The notes below the pieces were generated by a model. The model saw only the letters and a program-made list of their open reading frames with translations. It did not search any database and was not told where the DNA came from. Below, one piece after another: positions 33,901 through 46,500 of a stretch of 64,000 nucleotides of DNA (its first letter is position 1; every line of letters begins with the position of its first letter). Both the position numbers and the translations under genes were made by a program. The DNA is from Sphyrna mokarran. Its lineage: Eukaryota. The stretch lies in assembly GCA_024679065.1 (NCBI GenBank), contig JAGIQG010000003.1:40238001-40302000 (forward strand), given 5' to 3'.

Positions 33901-35652
33901 TGGTTTCATGGTTATCATTAGACTTTTAATTCCATATTTTTATTGAATTCAAATTCCACCATGTGCTATGGTAGGATTCAAACTCAGGTCCCTAGAGCGT
34001 TACACTGCATTACAAGTCTAGCAACAATGTCACTATGCTACTGCCTCCCTTCTGGATACATGGATTCCATAATATAGTAACTTCCAAAGCTTTCTTTCAG
34101 GTCAGGTTGTTTTTGGTTAACAACCACTTTTGAATAGCCTTGCTCCTTAAACCACTGAATAATATATCTCTGATAGCATCAAGTCCCAGAATTTGCAGTA
34201 CTCAGCCAGTCTTTACAGGGTAGCTACAAACTGTAATTGATTCACCTTCCTCTTGGTTGTGTTTGTGAAATCCAAAGCTTTTGTGATGACTCAAATTTTT
34301 GGTGGGTAGTGTCCCTGGCCATATTTCCAGTATTTCATCATAGGTTTTCGTGCCTGACTTTTCAGGCTATACTAGACTCTTCAGGAGGTTAAATATTTAC
34401 CTTCTAATTAAGTTCAGGAAAGTTGGGACAACTACATCTGCCACTGACTTGTTCACTTGGTCAAAATAGTTGAATCTCTACATATGAGCTCTGACATTTT
34501 GTGTTCTCATCAAATGTTGCCATGGCATCAAAAAACTCCTGCCATTTTTCATGATGAAAGATCTGAGCGTACACTATGTGCCATGAATATTTAGCACTGG
34601 TTTGCTTCCTTTCCCTAAAACAAGAGAAAACTGAGCTCAGCCTGTTTTGCTTTCATGTTTTACAACATCCCAGCTCCAGATCTGTTGTTGGTACCTTGCC
34701 ACTCATGGTGCTCCTGGTAATGTTATGCATTTTTTTGGGCAGAGCGCTTCATTCCAAAATTATTTTCTTCAGATTCCTCGATGATATTTTAGTTTCTCTG
34801 ACAGCTGCAATCGTTGTTTGGCGTTGGCATTGCTAGCTTTCACGTTGCTATTTTAATTATTTATTTTTCTTTCCAGGCGCCTACAAATGCTGTTTACCTC
34901 CAGTTAATAAATTCAGCTTGACTCATCAGTAGCAGTTATCTGTTATTTTGTTAGGTAAGATATAACTGAGTACTCAAGTGTTAGAAATTAAGAATTCAGA
35001 ACATAGATATTTTAATTTGAAGACTTGTATACCTCAAAACCCTGAAACCTTACACATGGTTGTAGTGTAGCAGGAGGAAAGTTGCTGCGATTCTGCTGGA
35101 GGTGCAGGAGATTCTTGTGGTCAGTAGACTGTAGGAGTTAGGGCTCTGCAACAGATTACAGTTCTGCCAGGGCAGTCTGATCTAGCTGGCTTTCTGTTAC
35201 CAGAGCAGATATTGGTTGAGTGGTTAATAAAGTCAGATGAATGACTTCTGGGCTTTTGTGCCCATGTTTGTTGTCTAATAAACACAGGTGCTGATTGTAC
35301 TGGCTGGTAAGCTTTGGGTTTCTCCAGCTGTTTCTTCATGCAATTTTTTAGTGTCACAAGAGAAGGCTTACATTAACAATGCAATGAAGTTATTGTGAAA
35401 ATCCCCTGGAGAGTCACCACACTCCAGTACCTGTTCGGGTACAGTGAGGACAATTTAATATAGACAATGCACCTAACATTTTTTGGACTGTGGGAGGAAA
35501 CCGGAGCACCTGAAGGAAACCTGGGCAGACACGGGCAGAACGTGCAGACTCCATGTAGACAATGATCCAAGCTGGGAATCGAATCGGGTCCTTGGCATTG
35601 TGAGGCAGCAATGCTCATAACTGTGCCTTCATGCTGCCCCAATAAAACTAAC

Positions 35653-36434
35653 AATAAACAGCATCAAAGGTAAACATATTGTACTTACTAAAGGTGTACA
35701 AACCTAAAAAATACAGGAAGAAATAATTGGCTAGCTAGAAACTTTCCAGATAATTAAAACAACAGACGACCCGGACATTTTGATCCGGTTATGCGCAGGT
35801 GCACACACCTTCAAGTACTGTTATTGTGATTCTGAGAGATCAGTGTTGTTAGGCTTGACTGGCATGTCAGATACAGGGTGGGATTCTGTGATTACAGGTT
35901 AGAATGGCACTGAGATTATAACCTCATCATCAGACCCCGTTTGCGCATGTTCATGAGGCCTTTCCTCTGCCCCTAGTGGATGTCTCCATCCAACTGCAAC
36001 CAGCAGGGATGTGCAGTGAACAAGATGACTGATCCTCCCTCCAGTGGTCAGGGTTAAAATCACTGCTTTTCTTTCCAGTCTGTCAAATAATATATTCTAA
36101 CACTGTTTTTTGCCTGGCACTGATGAATGCCTGAACTATGTCACATGGCTCATTGTAATATTGCACCCATTATGTATTCATAATATTGGTTAAGACTGCT
36201 AGGCTTTGCTTAAAAGGGATTGCTGGAAGTTAAGGTCAACATATAAGCAAATGTTTTTAGATTTGCCTTTAGATTGAAAGAGTACTTGCAATAAACAGCA
36301 CCCATGACAAACATATTGTGTTTACTGAAGGCATGTAAACCTAAAAATCACATGAAGAAATAATCTGTAAGCTAAAAACTTTCCTGATAATTAAACCAAG
36401 ACATGCTACCCAGACATTCTGATCTAGTTATGCC
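35653..36434. repeat. Diverged ~140-bp direct repeat (35653-35793 and 36290-36434)
   Basis: Colinear blocks aataaacagca, aaacatattgt, aaacctaaaaa, gaagaaataat, aaactttcc.gataattaaa, gacatt.tgatc..gttatgc. Confidence 0.8.
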
Positions 36435-36559
36435 TGAGCAGGAGACACAAAATCATGAGACGTGCGCATGAGTTCCAGTTAGCTGACAATTCAAAAGCAG
36501 CCTGCACTTTTTAAAGAAGGAGTGCATTTTGACTGCAGCAGATATTGGATGTTATTCTC

Positions 36560-38030
36560 ACAGTTATTTTGATATTTGAAAGACACAAGAATAGCACGCC
36601 ATGGCAGAGAGCTCTCCAAGTTTTTTGATGCAGCACGGCAGGCTATGGCACAGGAGATGGATAGGAAAAGGTCCACCAGATAATAATAGTGGATAGCGAT
36701 TGTGGTCAATTCCAAAGGCGTAAACCCAAGAATCTCAATCAGTTCAGTGAATGCATCCTCAAATCCTGGACCATCAGCCATAACCATATTTCCACTCTTC
36801 ACCCTATCTCTATCAACCACAACTAATGCTTCATATTCAAAACTGTACCTTACCCTCACATATTTAACATTGACGTAAGCCTCACAGCCACATCTGACAG
36901 CTTGCACAGATTGCCAGCTATTTTAATGACAAAGATCACATCATTGAGATTGCACCGCAATCACTGACACGCTCTACTCTCCCTTGCACACAGTCACAGG
37001 CAGCAGTAGCTAACTGGCAGAGGGACAGGTACAGTTGCACGTATTCATCCCAATGGAAGAGGTGGTGCTTGTTATTGGAGCAGTCATCATGAAGACCATG
37101 ACCAGTATCAGGGCTGAAACCAATGCAGGTGACAGTCTGATGGTATCTTCATATCTAATCCTCCTTCTTACATTCCATTACCCTCTGGTCCCACACTCCC
37201 TTCAGGTTTACAAGGCGCAAATGGTCCAATCTCGCACCTCCTCTCTGCAATTCTACCATTGTGCCTTCTTCCTTTCAGATATTCAAAAACTGCAACTAGT
37301 CAGACAATGGTGCGGGAGGCTTGTCAACTGTAATCAAATGTTTCATCAAATGACTTGCCCCACACTCCAGCTTTTAGTCAACTAACACATCCACCCTTGT
37401 GACACCAATTGGAAAGAACAAAGACTCATTATCCAATTGAATGATACTTGCTTGTTAGATCAGCAGCCTTTATTTCCCATTTTCAATATTTTCACAGCTG
37501 GTCAAGAGAAATGTTCAAAAGAAGTGGCAAAAGAAAATAATCTTTTTCAATGCCTCCATGATGTTTCTTCAGAATTGCTCACAGCAACGTCCTGATGATT
37601 GATCTTCAATTCTTGGAAACTCCAGGCCAATTCTGGAGGGTTGGCAACTCTAAGATTTACTGAAAAAGATTAATGGGCATGCACACAGTCATATTCAATG
37701 CATTGACAGGTCTGGCAGAAATACTGTGGTCATTGTCAGGGAGCATGAAGAGTCCGACACCAATCTTGCACAGACTATGAGGACCAATCTGTCCAGCATA
37801 TGTTTGGTGGCCAACCCATCGACATACTTGTGGACCTAACCATGATGCACCATCTGATGGCCAACGTCTCAGTTCCATTGCAGCACAGGTTGAAACTATC
37901 CACTGCTTCAATGGCAGCTCAGACTGAGGTAATGCAAGATCAGCTTGCGGTTAAGCAAGCTCAGACTACTTCCATCAATGCTCAAGAAACCAATGTTCAA
38001 AGGGGCCTGCAAGATGTCACGACAGTCTAA
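36560..38030 (+). mobile_element. Decayed Harbinger-like Myb/SANT accessory gene remnant
   Basis: Decayed peptides PSFFDAARQAMAQEMDRKR (near 36615) and TGRGQVQLHVFIPMEEVVLVIG-like (near 37015), then coiled-coil-like QTEVMQDQL. Confidence 0.45.
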
Positions 38031-39632
38031 CAATACAATGCAAGGATCAGTGAGGTGCTATTTCATTTTGACTCTGAAGAGGTACACATAGAACTGAAAA
38101 TATGAAACTAACCAACCCAATTTTGAGGACCCGGACTTTCTACAAGAAGCCAAGGGATGTTGCTACTCACTGCAGAGTCTGACCCTAATTTTCTTCCGGT
38201 GGTTCTCACAGTAATTTACATTTAATGGTGAAACTTGAAATATTCACTTCTAGTAAGAAAACGACAAATGATGAGAAAAAGAACAATACAAACCATGATC
38301 CCATGTAGCTTTTTTATGTTCTATGTGGGCATGGTGGATGGGACTGGACAAGGCGGCTTCCTCTATCTGAATGACTTAATCATCTTTAAACAATCTGTTT
38401 TGGTTACATTGCACTGATTTAATAGCATGCTCTGAGGAATAACATTTCAATTACAATCAGAGTATAGATGTAGGAACAGATAAAGAACAGATTTTACAAT
38501 GTGGAGTAAGTTCTATGAACTGAATCATTGAGATTATCAATCAAAATATTTTATGGTGTGTTTTTGTATAGCCTTATTTTTTAAAAGTTTTAGTAGTTGC
38601 TTTGTTCTTGAAGTAATCCAATTAACAATATTAACACAAATAAGTAAAAAATGTTACTGATAAATCATGAAATATATAAAAATTTATATATTTATATATA
38701 TAAATATAAATAGTTAAAGCCCTGACTATAAATACCGCTGCTATGAACTTCACTTGAATGAGCCCATTTGATTGGAACACTGGTGTCACCTAGTGCTTAT
38801 GTTGTGTCACTATGTGCTCAACAAAATCAAAATGTATTTCATACGTAACAGGTTATACATAGTGACAAAACAGAGGTTAAAATTAATCTATTTATGCAAA
38901 CTTTCCTGGCAAATTCAGACTATACACTCAAGAGCTGTTTATTTGTGTTTGAGTTAAATCATATTTAAAGATGTAAAGTTTTCCTCTGGTTACTAGGTGC
39001 GAGTAATATTCAAAAAGAGAGGTTTTTATCTGTGATTTTATAATTTGGTATAAACCTCATGGGTACTTGTAGAACTGGAAGAGGGCCAGAACACTGTTGG
39101 ACAATTGATTAGAAGGGCAAATCCTCGTAACAACAAATCTTTTAACTTGTTGTTCCATTTTAGAGAGATGCTGGGAGCATTCTGGTATGTCTTCTGTTTA
39201 GTTTTGCAACAGTGTCAATTATGTTAAATTGTGATTCTTGTTATTATTTCATCACTGTCATGCACGAAGCCATATTGGGTAGATGTATTAAAAGACCACT
39301 GTTATACCTGACAGCAATTGGCATGGAACTGATATAATATTCCTCCTTCACTGACTGAGATCATCTGAAATCTGGTGAAAACATTACAGAAAAATCAGGG
39401 TTCATATTCACTGGAAATTCATTTCAAGCAAAGATATTTATGGTTTCACTAGCAATAATAAAGCAGATTCCAGCATCCACCGCATTTTGCCTTTACCTAA
39501 GTGTTTTATTATGTCTTGTCCAGAGCGTAAGATAGTTTTCAGACATCACCCTAATGTAGAAGCAGCATTAAAGTTTGAATGTCTTTGGACTATTTAGTTT
39601 CAGTCATCAAGTCAAAGCATATTTGGCAACAA

Positions 39633-39797
39633 TGATGTGGAGTTGCTAGCATTGGATTAGGATTGGCCCAGTAAGAACAGAACATCAGGTTAAAGTCCAA
39701 TAAGTTTATTTGGCAGCATGAGCTTTTGGAGTGTTGCCCCTTCATCAAGTGACTCACCAAATAAACCCATTACACTTTAACCTGGTATTATAAGATT
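39633..39797. mobile_element. Short Penelope pLTR fold-back remnant
   Basis: ggttaaagt..tttatttgg and ccaaataaa..actttaacc inverted pair; homologous to 14271-14400. Confidence 0.7.
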
Positions 39798-40373
39798 ATT
39801 TGGCAAGGAAGAGTTTCCTGGTGGCTGCTTTAGCAATGGAGCTCAAAGGAGACAATGATGCCAAAAATGCCATTAGAAGAAGAAAGACAGAGGTTCCCTT
39901 TGTGATCAAACAACTTGCCAACACTTACTGTTTAGACTCGCGTAATAACAATAACCAAATTCATGAGTAATTGAGGTAGCACTTGATGCACTCTAGATTG
40001 TCACTGTCAAAAAAAAATCATCAGTAAGATGGATCCAAAATAGTACTAACATTCTTCAGCAGATGTTTGCTATGTATATAAAATATACAAATACAATTGT
40101 GTACAGACACGCAGTTGAGTTGTTATTCAAGAGGCAATGTTGCAATTGAATATTACATTGCAGATTTTTATTTTTGTTTATGATGTATAGGTCAACAGAT
40201 GTCCCACAAAAAATCTGCAGTTCTAGTGAGACCACATCTGGAGTATTATGTACAATATTGGTCACCATACTGGAGAAAGCATGTAAGTGTGTTAGAAGCA
40301 GTTAAGAAAAGGTTTACCAGGCAAATACCTGTATACCTGGAATAATCTGTTGTTTTATGAGGAAAAGTTGGAC

Positions 40374-40858
40374 CATAAGACATAGGAGCAGAATTAGGCC
40401 ACTGGGCCCATCGAGTCTGCTCTGAGCCATTCAATCATAACTGATATTTCCCCATTCTCCTGCCTTCTCCCCATAACTTATTAATCAAGAACTGATCTAT
40501 CTCTGTCTTAAAAACACCTGGTCTCCACAGCTTTCTGCAGCAAAAAATTCCACAGATTCACCACTCTCTGGCTGAAGCAATTTCACCTTATTTCTGTTTT
40601 AAAGCCTGAGGTTGTGCCCTCTGGTTCTAGTTTTTCCTATGAGTGGAAACATTCTCTCCACATCTGCTCTATCCAGGCCTCGCAGAACTTGTAAGTTTTG
40701 ATAAGATTCCCCCCTCATCCTTCTAAACTCCAATGACAACAGCCCCGGAGTCCTCAACCATTCCTCATATGACAAGCTCTTCATTCCAGGGATCATTCTT
40801 GTGAACCTCCATGGACCCTTTCCAAGGCAAGCATATCTTTCCTTAGATATGGAGCCCA
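40374..40858 (-). mobile_element. CR1 3' fragment (nested insertion 1)
   Basis: RFTRMIPGMKSLSYEE..LEFRRMRG; tail cctatgtcttatg; same subfamily as 62320-63150. Confidence 0.88.
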
Positions 40859-40912
40859 TGCTCGGCTTGTATCTGCTGGAATTTAGGAGAGTAAGAGACA
40901 ACTTGTTTGAAA

Positions 40913-41972
40913 AATAGAAGATAGAACATAGAACATAGAACACTACAGCACAAACAGGCCCTTCGGCCCACAAGTTGTGCCGAACACATCAAAACCCTAC
41001 CCAGCCACAGACCTATCTATAACCCCCAATCCCATTGGATCCCATATACTCATCCAGAAGTCTTTTAAAAGACCCCAGCGAGTTCGCCTCGACCACCACC
41101 GACGGCAGCCGATTCCATTCACTCACCACCCTCTGAGTGAAAAACTTTCCCCTAGCATCTCCTCTGTACTTGCTTCCCTGCACCTTAAATCTGTGCCCTC
41201 TCGTCGCGACCATTTCAGCCCTGGGAAATAGTCTCTGAGAGTCCACCCTATCTATTCCTCTCAACATATTGTAAACCTCTATCAGGTCGCCTCTCAACCT
41301 TCGTCTCTCCAGGGAGAACAGTCCCAGCTCCCTCAACCTGTCTTCATAAGGCATGCCTCCCAATCCAGGCAACATCCTTGTAAATCTCCTCTGCACCCTT
41401 TCAATAGCTTCCACGTACTTCCTATAGTGAGGCGACCAGAACTGCGCACAGTACTCCAAGTGTGGTCTGACAAGGGTCCTATAAAGCTGCAGCATTACCT
41501 CCTGACTCCTGAACTCAATCCCTCGATGAATGAAGGCCAGGACACCATAAGCTTTCTTAACCACATCCTCCACCTGGGAGGCCGATTTGAAAGTCTTATG
41601 GACCCGGACCCCAAGATCCCTCTGCTCTTCCACACAGCTAAGACTCCTACCTTTGATAGTGTACTCATTCATCCCGTTGGATCTGCCAAAATGGACCACA
41701 ACAAATTTATCCGCGTTGAAGTCCATCTGCCACTTCTCCGCCCAGTCTTGCATCCTGTCGATGTCATGCTGCAACTTTTGACATCCCTCCAGACCATCCA
41801 CAACACCACCGACCTTCGTGTCATCGGCGAACTTACTCACCCATCCCTCCACTTCCTCATCCAGGTCATTTATGAAAATGACAAACAGCAAGGGTCCTAG
41901 AACAGATCCCTGGGGCACTCCACTGGTGACCGACCTCCATGCAGAAAAAGAGCCATCCACAACCACCCTCTG
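40913..41972 (-). mobile_element. Young 5'-truncated CR1 with an uninterrupted ORF2 C-terminal ~320 aa (nested insertion 2)
   Basis: QRVVVDG..SGVPQGSVLGPLLF..KFADD..LVRPHLEY..FFTQRVV; no stops; CpGs retained; (GTTCTAT)n tail. Confidence 0.95.
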
Positions 41973-42399
41973 CAGGCAAGCCAGAGTGTTCCCCGAAGTG
42001 TTAGATACTAACACAAGTGTTAGATAGTAACACAAGATACTAAGGATGGATGTGGAAAGGCTTTTTCCTCCAGCTGGAGTATCTAGAACTACAGGGGTCA
42101 ATGTTTAAAAATGAAGGTTCAGCCATTTAAAATGGAAATGAGGTGATTATGTTTTCTCTCAGAATGTCCTTTGGAACTCCTTTCCTGAAAAAGTGGCAGA
42201 CGCAAAATCTTTGAATATTTTTAAGATAGAGATTGATCGATTCTCATTAAGCAAAGGTGTAATGTGTTACCAGGGATAAGGCAAATTTGAGGTTGTTATC
42301 ACATCAGCCATGTACTTACTAAATGACAGAGCAGGCTTGAAGGGCTGAATGGTTTGCTCCCACTTCTTAAGTTAGTATAATAGATGATTTGCTGAAAAT

Positions 42400-45300
42400 G
42401 GCTGGATTCCTACAAATCTGGTTCAATTAACAATTATTTCAACTCACTAGTCATGGAAATAAGCAAAAGGACGCGACACTGAATGATAAAACCGTCAGAA
42501 TATAATTATTTAATTAGCCTGTTAATTGCTTTGCAGTCGAATAGAGTTCACATTATATCGATTGATAAAACACCCCCTTGTTGGGAAGTATATTTGCGCT
42601 TTTGATGCGGCTTTCTGCTTTCGTGGTAAAAACTCAAAATCTCTCATTTTAAATGCATAATTTTGCCAATTTGTGTAATTTGCCGAATGATCCACAATCG
42701 GCCTTCTGCTTCTTTTTGCACAAAGTACCTGATAATGGCCACTAATTTCACTTATCTGTCAATTTGTATTGGAAGGAATAGTTCAGATCGGGCGTGAACA
42801 GTGTTTTCTCTTCGGGGAACACTTCCAGCGATGCAAACCTGCACTTTAAGCACCTAATAGTGTGTGTCATTGTTAACTGAAGTAAGAACAAACTTAATTA
42901 CGAACGAATGATGCACAATAATGTACAGAGTTATTATGTCCCTGTAATCCAGCAAAGGTTGGATCCCGTAATGTTACAAGTGTAGTATTGTAGTTAAGGG
43001 GATCGCCACTTCTCAATTCTGACTAATTGATCATAATTGCTACTGCAAAACAAAAACTCGGTCTGGACACAGTAGCTCGCGATCCCAGGTCAGTTTCACT
43101 TATTGTTAAGTGTTAGATGTGATGCAAAATCGGCAAGATACATTTCTGCAGTCTCTGGCGGTATTGCATGTATTGTGAGTGGAACATTTTGAGAACAGTG
43201 TGGCTTTAGTTGGCAAACTACCTGGCCTGGTGCTGTGACAGAAATATAGGAACATGGATAGACTATTCAGGCCTTAGAGTCTGCTCCTCGATTCAGTAGA
43301 TCGGTACCCTAGCTTTATTAACCCCACACGACGCACGCTCCTTGACTGCATGCGAGTTTATACTCTTGACCGCTATAGTGCTATTGATTTTTGTGGGACA
43401 CAATTCTACACTTGCACAAGCCGCTGCATGAAGAAGTTTAACTTGTGTCCTCGCTATCCTGACTTTGATTTTGAGGCTTTATCCTGGATTCCACACCAGT
43501 GGAAAACATCTTCATTTCTTTGCCTGCACTGAAATCCACCAGTCACCGTTGTGTCCCCCAGTCCTTGGTTAGATTATAGGCGGGTCGGACGCACTTTCAG
43601 TATTTTTTAGGTACAATAAATGTGAGATTTAAGATGCCCATCGTAAAACTAAAACAAACAATCACTATAATCTTTAATAATCATCGATCGCCTGGCACTA
43701 GAAATGTAGAAACGAATGAGGTGTATATTTTTTCTCTGAAGTTGCTGGGACTTTTCACAACATAAAGAGAATATCCGGATACATTGGTGGCGCCGGGAAT
43801 GATCCACAAATTGATGAGTCATTTGAACCATAGGTTGAGATTATTATTACTTCATGGCCATGGCAACTGCTAACTATTGGAACAGTTGTTTGCAAGCACA
43901 GTTCTGTACAGTTAATTGTTGAATCCATGCTCAAAGGTAAATTAATTACGATTTTCTAGCACAGGGAATAAGACATTAATCATCATTCATATGGAACAGA
44001 TTTGTTATTGTTTCATGTAAATAAAATTTGTTTACGAATTGAGAATTAGAATCGTTTCCTAACCGGCGTATTTTCTTCTAAAACCGAAATATTTGCGCTA
44101 AACCGGTTGTATCGAATGAGATGGGCACTTAGCACCTGTCAGGCATTTGGAAATTCTGGCATTCTCTTCCTAATGATTGAGTGGAGAAAGTAAAATAGTT
44201 GGGGAAACGCAACTGTTGTGTTAGGTTTGCCTTTCTGCAATGACTTGTGCCATTAACTGTGAAGTTCCAAATCTGGGAGACGAGGCGGTATGGTAAAACT
44301 GCTGGCTGAACTTTCAGGGATGGCGTTACGAACAGATACAAGGGTGGCCATTACCCCAAAGAATCAAGCTTAACTATGATGGAAGATGTTTGTGTCTCAG
44401 CCCCATGAGGCGGTGTGCCAAACAGATCAGGACTTATCCTGAGACCCGCAGAGGCTTAAGAACAGAAGGATCCATCAGCTGGTACTGAGGTCCATGGTGG
44501 CTCCAAACATGTTTGTCAGAGACGTAGACCAGCCTTAGCTACTGATTGAAACCCATCCCAATGGCTTCGAAGAAAATTAATCAGCTGCTCGCCAATGATA
44601 TTTTTACTGTAATTAATTAACAGGGGACTCTTCTCAAAGCCAAAGCTTGCAAAAAGAGATTTCCAAAAGTCCCAGGGCTGGATACATTTAAATACCAATG
44701 CAACCAACCTCCTGTGCTTCTGCCGTTAAGAAATTAATTTTCTGTTAAGATTTCGACCTCATATTTAAATGACACCTCTCTCTTGTAGTTTTATTTGAAA
44801 ATGAGTCGGTCGGTGGTCGTTTCTGAGTGGCACCGCGTTAATCCATATTATTCAGTTCATCAACAGCCGACTAACCCAAACCAAGTATGAAATGTTGTAG
44901 GGGATTGTATTCAATATAAACATTCTCTGCGACTTATGGAAATAAAATCTATATGGAAATAACATTTTTTAAAAATTTGTAACATTTGCTAAAGACCATT
45001 AGTCCAAATAATGCCGAAATGAACAGGCAAGAACAATGATAATCTAACTCTGCTTCATAACTACATTCATGTCCCTTTGGGATGCTACCAGCGCCTTTTC
45101 TTTTGCCCACTTCATTGTTCTAACCAATGGCATTATAGCTGGTGTCCCAGGAACCCATAAAAGCTGGGGACTTGGTGACATTCGAGTTTTTTCTTATGTC
45201 CTCCAATTCCTGAAATGGAACCACGAAATTATTTCCGTTTGTTGGTGTACCTCACAATTTCCCTGACCGTCTCTGCAAAATCAATATGCAAGCTGAAAGG

Positions 45301-46500
45301 AACATTTAACTTAAATAGTTTTAAAATGCCGGGAGATGTGATGATCGGAGGGATGTTTCCAATTCATTACAGAGTGGTGGCCTCAAATTCATCGTCCAGC
45401 ACATCGCCGCAGTCCTCGGGATGTGAGGGGTAAGAATTATGGATTTCAATTGTAAACGCATAACAGCCAAATTATTGGAAATCTGGAATAATAAATTCCC
45501 AGAGTAGTGAAAACCTGTCTTAAAACAATCATATCTCAGGGCACTAAGGAAACATGCAATTTTTCCACGGAAGTAGAATTTCTAACACAAAAGCAAAAAC
45601 AAAGCTGGAGAAATTCAACAGGTCTGATAGCATCTCTGAAGCGGGAATAGAGCCAACGTTTCGAGTGTGGGTGATTCTTCCTCAGAGCTCTGACTATATT
45701 TTGCCTTTATATAAAAGTAGAATTTCTGGTTGTTTACAATTCGTTTGACTGGAACTTCAGACAATGGCAACAACGAAAAACTTTCTAATTAAATTCTTTG
45801 CTTCATGAGATGTGTCGTTTCTTTATTGAGTTGTTTAATTCTAGAATGCACGTTGTATGATTTACGCTACAAGTGCATAAAGCACAAAGTGATGGAATAT
45901 AGAAAGCGACAATGGATCATTGGGACAGGAGACTGTTTCTGGTGCAGCTTGATCTCAAGTGAAACGTGTAGTACTGAGGCTACCGTCTGCGCCATTGCTT
46001 TTTTTTAAAAAAAATAATTTGAGTTTGTCTATTTGATCTTAAAAGAGGATAAATCAAAAGTCAATCAAATAAATTTCAAGACAAACTGACGTAATGTTTT
46101 AACGAAAACATAGTTTAAAAGAATCAACATTTAGAACTTGCGAATTTTATAATTTGTTTGCAGAGCTAGATATCGACCGTTGTCTAATCGGTGTGTTATC
46201 AATGCGCTATTAAATATTTCCGGCATTGATAAGGGGGTTTTTGAACACTGTGGCAACTTGCCTTCTTCCTTCAGTGGAGAGACATATCAATCATTCAGTG
46301 GGAGGGACGCTTGTACCTCCAATGGAAAGCTTCCAGCTTTATGATGTGTAAACTTGAATCAGAGTTAATTGGCGTGTGTTAATTGGATTTCAGGTCATTG
46401 CTGGAGGAAAAGTTAGGTTGATCCCAAATGGCCAACAGACATTGCAGATAATCAAAGAGAAACACACACGCATAGGCCGAGTAATGACGGAGATTTTGTG
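42400..46500. promoter_or_regulatory. CpG-retaining (probably unmethylated) island spanning the gene 2 promoter and exon 1
   Basis: Visibly higher CG frequency than the rest of the window despite AT-rich composition; few repeats; CCAAT near 45124 and CATAAAA near 45156 ahead of ATG 45215. Confidence 0.55.
45215..45429 (+). CDS. Gene 2 exon 1
   Basis: Signal peptide MEPRNYFRLLVYLTISLTVSA, CKLKGTFNL, GDVMIGGMFPIH, CEG; donor GTAAGA at 45430, phase 2. Confidence 0.93.

Larger units (their letters stand above)
28530..34600 (-). mobile_element. Decayed Ty3/Gypsy LTR retrotransposon (gag-pol), interrupted by SINEs and a CR1
   Basis: Minus-strand order: gag (FHKHNQEEGES near 34260), zinc knuckle remnant (near 33300), protease VKMEVDSGAT (near 33030), RT start (PYAINPKVEAEL..IVPMMKRDGS..FKVTINP), RNase H (RMQKWALLLS, NAGEFSRLPLP), integrase (about 29400-30130), polypurine tract near 28532-28545. 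LTRs not resolved. Confidence 0.85.
40225..42370 (+). mobile_element. Old CR1 3' fragment split into three pieces by two antisense CR1 insertions
   Basis: Pieces 40225-40373 (VRPHLEY..YEEKLD), 40858-40911 (MLGLYLLEFRRVR) and about 42030-42370 (KILR..VERLFP, 3' UTR) are colinear. Confidence 0.8.

Noticed and set aside
16190-35654. Recurring short ORFs (e.g. AASQCQG..., VSSHSPK...) as a novel peptide family
   Set aside because: They are translations of SINE copies; frames and stops are not conserved between copies.
36491-36907. 138-aa minus-strand ORF as a host gene
   Set aside because: No recognisable domain, and it is antisense to a probable decayed transposon remnant.
41973-42101. N-terminus of the 362-aa minus-strand ORF as a real protein start
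   Set aside because: It is chance read-through from filler and the antisense of the older CR1; the element is 5'-truncated and lacks the endonuclease and most of the RT N-terminus.
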